From the NCBI GenBank assembly GCA_002269645.1, contig NIVC01000105.1, positions 225,992-289,991 of the forward strand: a stretch of 64,000 nt of DNA. Direction: 5' to 3'. Positions 24,109-36,100 of this stretch are shown here, piece after piece (positions within the stretch are counted from its first letter, which is position 1; each line of letters begins with the position of its first letter). Source of the stretch: Macrostomum lignano. Taxonomy: Eukaryota. Under the pieces are notes generated by a model, which saw nothing but the letters and a program-made list of their open reading frames with translations, was not told the origin of the DNA and did no database searches. The position numbers were made by a program, and so were the translations under genes.

Positions 24109-27100
24109 TTAGTTGAAACCGGGGGGCCACTGCTGCGGTGGGGGCTGGGCGCCAAAGGCGGCAGCCGCAGACTGGTGCTGATGGTCGATGGTGGCCCAGG
24201 CAGAGCCGCCAGCAGCCTGCTGCTGCTGCTGCTGTTGAAAGGCCTGCTGGAACTGAGGCTGCTGCTGCTGCTGCAGGTACATCTGCGGCATCTGCTGGGC
24301 CGGCAACGGAGGCGGAGGCGGCGGCGGTTGGGCAGCTAAAGCGGCCACAGCGCCCAGCTGCTGAGCCAACTGCTGCTGCTGTGGTGGCGGCATCAGCGAA
24401 GCCGCCGGCTGAGCCTGCGGCGGCGGGGGCGGTGGAGGCGGCAGCGCCTGGCCAAATCGACCACCGCCGCGTCCGCCGCAGAATCGATTACCGCCGCCAC
24501 CGCCGCCGCCACCGGGCATCTGGGCCATGGACGGCGGCAGCAGAGGTTGGATCTGCTGTTGCATCAGCTCGCCGACAACTCCGCCACCTCCGCCGCCACC
24601 TCCTGGAGGCCGCTGACGCCAGCCGTCTCGATGACCACCTCCGCCTCCGCCGCCGCCTCGGCCTCCACCGAAACGATCAGACGGCTGGTGATCCCGCCTG
24701 CTGTTGTAACCTCCCCGATTGCCGAAACCGGCCCCGATGCCGCCGCCTCCGCCTCGATCAAATCTGCCGCCACCGCCGCCGAAGCGTCCACCGCCAGAAA
24801 AGTCGTCACGACGGTGCGACTGATGGTCACCGCCTCCCCCGAATCGGCCGAAGCCTCCGCCTCCTCCTCCGCGGCCTCCGAAACCGCCGCCGCCGCCGCC
24901 GCCTCCGCGGAAGTCTCGTCGATCGTTGCGGAAGCCACCGCCGCCGCCGCCACCGCCGCGGAAATCTCGACGTCCCTGGTCGTGCCGGTGCCTGTCGCGA
25001 TCCCGGTCCCGGTCTCTGTCCCGGTGATCTCGCCCTCGATCGCGGTTCCGATCCCTGTCCCGGTCGCGATCCCGGCCGTCCCGATCTCGGTCCCGACTAG
25101 AATTGTCGTCGCGGCCGCTATCAAACCGGGACCCCCCAGGGCGTCGGGAAGACGATGATGAGCCGCCACCACCGCCGCTGCTGCCGCCTCCAGTCTTGAC
25201 GGAGCCCTCCTTGTTGTACTGGGCAACAGCTTCTCGAGCTTCAGCCTCCGGCAGGTCCGGGAATATCAGCTCGTCGAATAGTTCAGCATCAGGTATGGCG
25301 AATTGAGCTGTCGGGCGAATTGTTTGTTGGACGATTTCGAGGAAAGGGAGGCGGGGGTTGATGTTGGATTATATTGAGAACCTTCGGGAGATTGACAATG
25401 GCACACTATATAATATAATTTAGAGGGAGTCACGATCTCGATGATGCTACTAAAACATTAAGTAGTAGCTAAGTAGTATGCACTGCGTATTCCTTTCATT
25501 TTTAAACAATCCAAACCTGTTAAAATAGGGCAAAAATTTAAACACGAAAATAAGCATTATAATTTACTTTACCTACTACTTTAATAGACAGTAGAATGTG
25601 ACGCAAAAAATAACAAATTAATACATATACATATAAAAAAACACAATAAAAAACGAGCATTGGCAACCTTTCATCTCTAGCAAGTCGGACTCCGCGACTT
25701 CTTTGCCGACCTCTTTAACACGGGGCAGGGCTAGCCGTTCGGCGGAATCCTTAGCCGACGGTACAATAACAACGGCGGCACGCCTAAAACCGGCGAATGG
25801 CCGGATACGCTGGGCTTGGCCGGCTGGTACAACGTTGGTCTTCGGTTCGGCGTTAAATAAAAAAATGAAGGGGGAGAGGGAGAGATCTTTTTTCTGTTTT
25901 CTGGTCTTGCAAGTTGCAGCTCCGCTGTGGTACGTCAGCTCTCGGCTCTCACACACGAGGGTTGAATGCGGGACTGGGAGGCAGGACAGAGAAATCAATC
26001 ACTGGGTCCGGTCATTCTCGTTGCGGATGATGCTCCCTACTACTACTAACATATAAGTAGCTAGTATGCGCATCACTTAAAAAAAGTCAGCGGAGGCGAG
26101 AGGAAATGCGTGGACAATATATGAATTGTATAATAAATATAAACAATACATACACATATATACACTGTTTATGCAGCAAAAACTCGAAAAAAGAAATATT
26201 AGTCTCACCAAATCGATGATGTAATTCCTTCGGCGAAGGGCAGCCAGCTGGCATAGGGTGGCAACGCAAGCGGTGGCCCGCTGAGGGAACAGTTGCCAGC
26301 GCTGCGGGTGAGTCAGGTCGCGCCTGGACTGGCCGGCCACCTGAGAACGAAATCAATTAATATAAACATTATGAAATGCTCAATATTGATAAACAAATTA
26401 CTGTTTGCCAAATTACTAAAAGGCAATACTACTGATAACAATTCGAAACTGTTAAGAATTATTGCCCCTAGCGATTTGCCAGTTGGTCCTTTTTTAAGAA
26501 CAAAAATACTATTGCACAGTTACTACACCGTTGGTGATACGATCAATTGAATATTGAAGTCACCGCGGCTCTAGGCTGTGCGCAGAGTCCTAGGGGATTA
26601 GGGAGTCTGGCCCAGCAACTGAGGATCTGGGAGTCTGGTGCCCAGCAACTGAGGATCTGGGAGGCTGGTGCCCAGCAACTGAGGATCTGGGAGGCTGGTG
26701 CCCCAGCAACTGAGGATCTGGGAGGCTGGCGGCAAAGCAACTGGGGATCTGGGAGGCTGGAAAAAAGCAACAAAAGCTATTACAGCAGCCAGCAAATCAC
26801 TTACACTCATCTTATCCAGCACAGAATAGCTAGCCAATATGGTGTATCGCTTGTCAGGATGACTAGCCAGATGCTGCCGGACCCAATGCGTCTTGCCAGA
26901 GCCGGGCAGACCAACCATAAAAATAACCTCGCAGCTGGCCTTGTCAGGAGGCGGCGGAGCGGCTCGAACCACGCAGTCAGATTTAGTCTGCATCGCTTGC
27001 TCCAGACTGACCCAGTCCTCGCTAGGCAACTCATAGTCGCTAGGCCTTGGATCTAAACGTTGTTCAACTTTCGACGTAGTCTCCTCAGCCTCAGTAGATT

Positions 27101-30100
27101 CGTTAGTAGCTTTATTATTATCGGCTTTTTCAGTTTGCGGTTTGTCTTCCACAGTAGCTTGCTCAGTAGCATCACTAATCGTTGGCGGAGCAGCAAACCA
27201 ATAAGCTTCCTCACCATTAGTAGAGCTACTGCCAAACTGTACAGAGAAGGCCAAATTCTTAGCCACTATACAGGGAAACAGTGCCGTAGCTGATGGCATG
27301 TCTGGCATAGAATCCGTTGGTTGTTTGATAGCAAAAGCAGCACCCTGATACCGACCATTGACAGCGAATGACAGATAGACAGAATCGGTGCCAGTTGGGA
27401 AATCCTAAGCCAAAATTAAAGATTGATTTCTTGCTTATTACTATCATACTACTGACAGTAATCTAATCGGACATGCAAGTTATAAATATCAGAAACGGAA
27501 TGCAAATTGTCGATCATGACAGTTTGTTGTTGTCTGAGACTCTAGTCCGTTAGGGTTTCATCATGTAAGATAAGTTTTTATAACTGTAAAAGTACAGATT
27601 ATTAGATGTACTAATATGTAAAGCATTAAATATTAGTTTTTTAGGTCAGAAACGGAATGCATATTGTCGATCATGACAGTTTGTTGTTGTCTGAGACTCT
27701 AGTCCGTTAGGGTTTCATCATGTAAGATAAGTTTTTATAACTGTAAAAGTACAGATTATTAGATGTACTAATATGTAAAGCATTAAATATTAGTTTTTTA
27801 GGTCAGAAACGGAATGCATATTGTCGATCAGTTTTTTTAGTCTGAGACTCTAGTCCGTTAGGGTTTCATCATTCCATTAAGAAAAAGATATAGTTATAAA
27901 GAGGACCTTATTGATATGCCCTGTAGTTCATAAGCATCAGAAAAGATTAAGCATGCAAATCATAAAGTGTATTGTTTTAAATACAATACAGCATCAATGT
28001 TGTCTCATTTTCATCATATGCTCGTATTTGTGGAACTTGAGATGAGTGAAAATAACCTACTTCAGATGAGTCACTAATCCCATAATATTGCATTCAGGTA
28101 CTTCAGGTGAGTCACTAATCCCATAATATTGCATTCAGGTACTTCAGGTGAGTCACTAATCCCAGAATATTGCATTTAGGTACTTCAGGTGAGTCACTAA
28201 TCCCATGATATTGCATTCAGATACTTCAGGTGAGTCACTAATCCCATGATATTGCATTCAGGTACTTCAGGTACTTCAGGTGAGTCCCTAATCCCATAAT
28301 ATTGCATTCAGGTACTTCAGGTGAGTCACTAATCCCAGAATATTGCATTTAGGTACTTCAGGTGAGTCACTAATCCCATGATATTGCATTCAGATACTTC
28401 AGGTGAGTCACTAATCCCATGATATTGCATTCAGGTACTTCAGGTACTTCAGGTGAGTCCCTAATCCCAGAATATTGCATTTAGGTACTTCAGGTGAGTC
28501 ACTAATCCCAGTATATTGCATTCAGGTACTTCAGGTGAGTCCCTAATCAATCTAATTCAGATGAGCCTTGAAAGAAAACCTAACATAAACCATAAAAACA
28601 AATATAACTAGGACCAAAAGTTGTATAATTAAACGTAAACATGTTTTTAAAAATAATAAATTTTAATACTGGGCATTATTAAATATCAGAAAAGATTAAG
28701 CATGCCAATCACAGCGTATACGCTCCAATTTAGTCTCGCATTTTCATCACATTAATTAATGCCTTTAACTTTAAAAAAGAAGCCTAAACAAAAAGATGGA
28801 CAATTAAAAACAATGATTTAAAGTCAACTCACAGCATAGCAGGCCACAACGTCTCCAATATTAAAGGGCTGGCCGTACTTTTCAAATACACCATTAGCGC
28901 AACGCTTGCCAGTGCTTTCGTATCCATAGGAGTCTGGAGCTTCACCTTAGTAAATTAAAACAGACAATCATTGGGATATTATTTAAAACTTCATTGTAGA
29001 TAAATTCATAACTTAAATTTAATTAAAGCATTAAGATCAGACACTGAATGCAAAGCATTTTTTTGCATCAATAATTTAGGGGGATCAGAAACTCCAGTCC
29101 GAATTGTTTGGTCATCATGTTTATTGTCTGTGGCTTATAGTGAAGATGAGTCACAAATCCCTAATCTAGGGTAATTCAGATGAGTCACTAATCCCTAATC
29201 TAGGGTAATTCATGTGAGTCACTAATCCCTAATCTAGGGTAATTCATGTGAGTCAATAATCCCTAATCTAGGGTAATTCAGGTGAATCACTAATCCATAA
29301 TCTAGGGTAATTCAGGTGAATCACTAATCCATAATCTAGGGTAATTCAGGTGAGTCACTAATCCCTAATCTAGGGTAATTCAGGTGAGTCAATAATCTCT
29401 AATCTAGGGTAATTAAGGTGAGTCACTAATCCATAATCTAGGGTAATTCAGATGAGTCACTAATCCCTAATCTATAATTCAAGTGAGTCACTAATCCCTA
29501 ATCTAGGGTATTTCTGGTGTCACTAATTCCCAAAATAGGTATGCTACTGTAATTACTGTAAGTACTATAATTTAGTCATTTCTTCCCACATGGATATACC
29601 TACTAAATAAACATTTGCGCCGACATACCCAACTGAAAATCGGTCCCAATACCGTCAGCCATCCAGCCGAATCGAATAGCGCACCGATCTGGTTCGCTAC
29701 TGGGCAGCCTCAGATCTTCAACCTTTTTAGTCACTTTAGCCTCGTACCAGACTCTCAGTGGCCGCTGCTCAGCCGACACAACTAATCCGTGAGTAGCCCG
29801 GCAGCCGGCCCAACAGAATGCGAAACCTTCGTCAGCAACTGGACGAGCGTGCAGCAAATCTGGCCAACCGACTTTCAGATGCAGATCGCAATGATAGGGA
29901 TCTAAGCGAGGCTTAGCCGCTAGTTGCGTGTCCAACTCCCAGCCTGGGGATTCTGGGCCCAGCATGTCGGCAACTTCGGCATCAATAGCGGCATTTGAAT
30001 CGGCGCCGCCAGCTGGCGCGGAACCGGACGCTCTGGCCGGTGAACGAGATCTAGACCTGGCCGAGCGAGATCTAGACCGCGATCTAGATTTGGATCTTGG

Positions 30101-33100
30101 TGATCTAGAACGCGAACGAGATCGTCTAGAGGATCGATGACGCCGGTTGCCGCTGCTACTGCTGCCGTGGCGATGATGCTGGTGGCGCGACGATGAAGAG
30201 GCTGAAGCAGACGTCTTGGATCGCTTGCTTTGTTCAGCCTGTTGCTGCTGCTGCTGCTGTCCGCCGTGATCTCCGCTGCCGCTAGGAGAAGGACTTCGAT
30301 GCCGGCGTTTCCGATGCGACGGCGATTCCGATCTGGCTTCCTCTTTGTCTTTCTTGTCGGAGTCCAACTCTTTATCCTGTTCAGTTGTTGTTGGCTGCAG
30401 ACTATCTGGAGCAGGCTCCGATTCGGGTTCAGGCTCAGTTTCCATTGGCTCAGTTGGTTGCTTCTGCAAAGACTTTTCTTCTTCTTCTTGCTTGTTAGAT
30501 TCGGCTACTGCTATTTCAGTTTCTGTAGGAGGTTCAACAACAGTACCAGCAGCATCAACAGTAGGGGCTACGGAAGGCTCCATCGGTTGGGTAGACGTTT
30601 GTAAATCATTGTCCGACTTAATAGGTTCAATGGGTTCAGGTTGAATAACAGCTTCAGGTTCAGGTTGAATAGCAGTTTCAGGTTTAGGATGAATAACAGC
30701 TTCAGGTTCAGGTTGAATAGCAGTTTCAGGTTTAGGATGAATAGCAGCTTCAGGTTCGGGTTGAATAGCAGCTTCAGGTTCGGGTTGAATAGCAGCTTCA
30801 GGCTCAGTAGCCTACAAAAATGAAACTTTATTCATATTAATGTCTGTTAAATAAACTATTCAGTAGACAAAGTCTTGCTAATGCTTACCATAGGCTGTTC
30901 AAAACTACCATTGGCGTCCAAGTCTGAAGATGGGGGTTGATTTTCCAACTGCTGCTGCGGTGCAGACTGAGAGAAATCGGGAATATTAATAGCCGGCTGT
31001 TGCTCATCGCTAAGAACAGTGGCAGTTGTTGGTGTCTCAGTAGCACTGGGAGGCGATGGCTCTGACTGAGACTGCTGGTGCACTGGCTCAGTTATCATTG
31101 TCTGCTGCTGAGGCTCTGGTTGAGCAGTTGCATCACTATCGCCTGTTGTGTTGTTGGACAAGATAATGGATTACTTTTTGACAAAAAGATTAACTTTGTG
31201 GTGTTTAAAACTGATTTCTTATAATTCATAAAATCACATGAATATAAAGTTTAGGACTAATATAAATGTGTTCCTTTTAAACACCTCAATGAAGAAAGCC
31301 ACCTTTATATTTAATCATATGATCTCTAATTAAGAAAATTCAAAGGATATATTCACATAAATTATCATTTATTTTCATTTGATTTTAAGGTTAAAACAAG
31401 TTAATTTGATTAAACTAAGATCTTAAACATTTAGGGTTAAAATAGAATAATTTTATGGTTGTTAGTTAAAAAAAACATTAAAATACTTTGGATACAACAA
31501 AACTCATGTGGCTCTTAGAGCTAGGCTATAAATAATCTAAAAACAACTATTATTTTCATAAAATTTTATTTGAAGAAGCATTAATCATAAACAAACAAGC
31601 TCCTAAAAAGCTGCTATGCTATAAACCCATTTTGCATGAAATCAATAAAATAAAATTTGAGTGTCTATAGAGTGTCTATGCTTGGGAGCAACCTTGGGAT
31701 TCACTTGGCCATTTCTATTGGCAACACACATGTATGTCACTACTGGATAGAATAATAGTCACGTGGCTACCCTCAGCCAATAGCAACTTATATGTATTAT
31801 ATGTTGCCAATAGAAATGACCAAGCAAATACCAAGGTTGCGCATGTTTATAACCTTACCATCCAACCTTAATATGCACATGGTATTAAAACATACATGTG
31901 CAACCTTGGGAATCACTCAGCAATTTCTATTGGCAACACATAAGTTGCTATTGGCTGAGAGCAGTCACATGACTACTATTCTATCCAATAGCAACTTACA
32001 TGTGTGTTGCTAATAGAAACAGCCGGGTAAATCCCTAGGTTGCGCCTAAGCATGTATTGAAACTCTTATTGTTTAAGTCATCAACTCAAAAGTCTTGAAA
32101 GCTCTGGCCTCTGCATTGAAAAGTGACAATATTCATTTTAACATTAGCCTCTACTACCTAAGCACAACATGCATTTTGCATCAAAACTCTGTTGCTTAAG
32201 TCTATAAATCTTAATAATGACAGTAGCTCTATTAAAGTGGTAAAACATTTAATTTTACTTTAGCCTTTATTACTCAATTATAATATAGACATGCTATTAA
32301 AAATTTAAGTTGATGCTTAAGTCCTAAATTCTAAGGATTTGAAAAGTTCCCTTCATTTTGAAACTGGCAACATTCATTTATTTCTATTACTTTACACGTA
32401 TCAAATTTACTCTATTATTACATCTATCAAATCTATCAGTATCAGTTTATCAATAAACCATTGTTAGTACTAAATGCTAGCTATGCAAAAATTTGAGATA
32501 AATATGCAACAAAGTATTTATTTTATGCTAAGTTAGTTGCTTTATATAGGCCTAGTGGATAAATATCTATAGGCCCCTAAGTCAGGCTAAAATAAAAGCT
32601 AAAACCAAAGAGAATGATTATAATATAATAAAATATAATTACTTATAGCATTTATCTTCCTTACTACCAATAAGAAATAAGTGAAATATATAGGGGGGCC
32701 GTAGCCCAGCAGTAGAGCAACTGCTCTGGTGTGCCAGTGACCCAGGCTCGATTCCAAGTGTAGTCACATTAATTTGGGGCTGAATTGGAATCTCGGCTTG
32801 GCTCTGCTTGTGCAATTAACGGCCTTGAGAGCCAACCTCCCAAGGCGCAGTGAAGTGTACATGCCTAACGATAATATAAAGTGAGGGCCGCTATACACTC
32901 CTGTGTGAGTGTGTGCCTGGGTATGTATCTGCGCACTTGTATGCCTGCTCAGGGGAGTCAGCAGAATGGGCAGTAATGCCTCTTGTCAGTTGCGTGCCCA
33001 TGTCGTTTAAAGTGCACCAGGGTGCACACAACCCCCTTGCTTTTAATAAAAGTGAAATATATAAACCTAGGCTTATTATTATCTATTTAGACGTTTAGAG

Positions 33101-36100
33101 CTGTGGCCATCTTGGTCATATGCCATAGTCAGGAAGGTGGCAGAGTGTGCGCCGGAATAAATTTTAGAGGGACAATCTGTGCGCCGTCTGTGTGCCATCT
33201 GTGCGCTGTTAATAAAAAATTGAAAATTGCGCTGTAAAATTAGTACATGCCCATTCTCACAAATACCCCGGTGTTGCAACAATAAATGACTTTTTTATGT
33301 TGTGACAATAAAAGACCTTTTTTAAATTGCATAAGAGACCCTTATTATTAGATATTCTTGTTGCTTTTAAAGCTTTTTCGGCAATACTATTTATAGCGGA
33401 AAGTTTATACACGCAAAGATTTGTTTAAATACTCTTTTACGAGCTGGAAAAAACCAGAAAGCTTGAAATTTGCGCCTAAAAATAAACTTTTTTCATCTTT
33501 TTTCTAATTTACAATAACTCTTAGGCTTGATTCTTTAAAGTGCACGCCAGGTGTGCACACATATTTTTTTCTCAAGAATGATGCACGCCAACTATGCACA
33601 CCTAATTTTGGCGTGCAAGGCCAATGCACGCCCAAATTTTTGGGCATATACTACATGATCCAGAGTATGGGTGCGCCAATGTGCGCTGAGACCCTTTGTG
33701 TGCGCCGCGCTTGTGCGCCAATGTGCGCCGAGACCCTTTGTGTGTGCGGGAATTTTCCCCGTCAGAGGCCACCTTCCTGACTATGGGTCATATGCCACTA
33801 TGTCTATGATACTTGTAATATTGGCAACATGGTTATCATTGCTTTAATCTACATTTAAATCCAATAATATGTGGCGAAATCCAAAAACGTGGGATAAAAC
33901 GGTAAAACAAATCTGCGGACATTCGATGGAAAGTAATGTATCTAAAAAAGGTTTTTGAAAGATAGATATGTCTTTAGAAAATAGTTCTGGATAAAAACTA
34001 TTGTTTTCATGCTTTGTATTGTTGAATAAATAAGAAAAAACCACAAAAAAGCATTTTGAAAGTCCGAGTTGACCGATTTGCAATTTTTTGTTTCACTTTT
34101 TTTCATTATTAAACAATTAATTTTAAGACTTGTAGGCCTTAGAGAAGGCTAATTTTTTTACTAATTACAAAACAGAAAGTAATCTGTGTTTTACTTTTTA
34201 TTCAATTCAAAAAGATGAAGTATTTCTAAGGATTTCAAAGTTTTTCTAAAACCATATAAACTCGCAAAAATTCATACTAATATAAAGTGCAAAGTTTGCC
34301 AGCAAACATCTTTTTCTAAAAGTAAATATATCGCTAATTCCTTGTTGCAAAATAATCTTTAAGTTGTTTTCTTTCATTTAAATATCAACTTATTTGTAAT
34401 AGTATTTGTAATATGCCTATATTTAGACTTAAAAATTTTGGGTAAAAAATGGTACCACAAGATATGAACCCGGCATCCAAATCAGATGCTTACTGTATGC
34501 TCATTAAGCGACGAAGAACAATGAAATTACACTAAGACATGTATCATCGCGGCGTGTATGCAGGAAAAAAAGAATTTTCCAAATCGCTTCAGTAGAAGCT
34601 GAGTAAAATGCAATTTTCCAATCCTTATGGGAATTCCAATGTGTTACCCGGCTTCCAAATCAGATGCTTACTGTATGCTTATTAAGCGACGAAGAACAAT
34701 GAAATTACACTAAAACATGTATCATCGCGGCGTGTATGCAGGAAAAAAAGAATTTTCCAAATCACTTCAGTAGAAGCTGAGTAAAATGCAATTTTCCAAT
34801 CCTTATGGGAATTCCAATGTGTTACCCGGCTTCCAAATCAGATGCTTACTGTATGCTTATTAAGCGACGAAGAACAATGAAATTACACTAAAACATGTAT
34901 CATCGCGGCGTGTATGCAGGAAAAAAAGAATTTTCCAAATCGCTTTAGTAGAAGCTGAGTAAAATGCAATTTTCCGATCCTTACGGGAATTTGTATGTTT
35001 AAATAATAAACTTACGTTGAATACAATTTATTGCAAACGAACTCTACAAAATACACGTTGTCAAGAGTAACGAAAGTGATAAACAAATAAAACCTTAAAA
35101 TAATGTTAAATATGTTGTAGAATTATAAAGTGTAACATTATAAGATAGTTAAAGTTAATAAAATACATTATTATAGCTTTTTAATCATTTTCATTAGACT
35201 CATTTTAGGTCGTAATTAAACTTACCGTTTTAACAAATCATTTTATTAAAAATAAAGCTATACGAAAATAATTTGTGCTTTAATAGACTTTTTTACTTTT
35301 TAAAAACATGAATAAATTTATTTTATAGCTTTATTGCTTTCAAATTGCCAAAAAACGAATTTTCATAAAACTTGCCCCCGATTTTTGGATTTCCCCATGT
35401 ATATTTATCTGGCAAAAAATCCACTAGGGGAGGTATTCTATATACTTTTCTTGGCCAAATTTGTTTGTTTTGCATGCATAATATCTAAAAAAATATACCC
35501 TGGCTAGTAGGCCCTACAATATTTAATATACAAGCTTATTATTTATAAGATTTATAATCATGAAAAGAATTAAATTGATATTAGGCTTTAATTTATTATA
35601 AATAAATATATAGAATAATTTATATTATTTTTTATTAGAAGCAGGGGGTTGTGTGTACCCTGGCACACTTTAAGCAACATAGGCACACAACTGGCGAGAG
35701 GCATTATTTCCCATTCTACCAACTCCCCTGAATAGCGTTAGGCATGTACACTTCACTGCGCCATGGGGGGTTGGCTCTCAAGGCTGTTAATTGCACAAGT
35801 AGAGCCAAGCTGAGATTCAAATTCAGCCCCAAATTAATGTGACTGCACTTGGAATCGAGCCTGGGTTGCTGGCACACCAGAGCAGCTGCACTACTGCTGG
35901 GCTATGGCCCCCTCTTTATAATATCTTACATGGATTTAAATTATTTAGTTTAATAATCTCACCTTCTGGTGCAGCTTGTATCTCCTGTGTCTCATTTTCG
36001 ATAGCCTCTTTTAATCGCTGTGAAAGATCTGCTTTAAGACCTTTTGTAGAAAGATTACGCTTCTTCAACTCTTCTCTTAATTCAGCAACTTTCAATGCAT

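Noticed and set aside
24138-25226. Overlapping 320-, 203- and 220-aa ORFs over the hnRNPUL last exon
   Set aside because: Antisense or alternative-frame shadows of GC-rich low-complexity coding sequence; only the RGG frame splices in phase to the upstream domain exons.
32693-32765. Functional tRNA gene
   Set aside because: The acceptor and anticodon stems do not pair; the head continues into a shared body with an A-rich tail and TSD, so it is a SINE.
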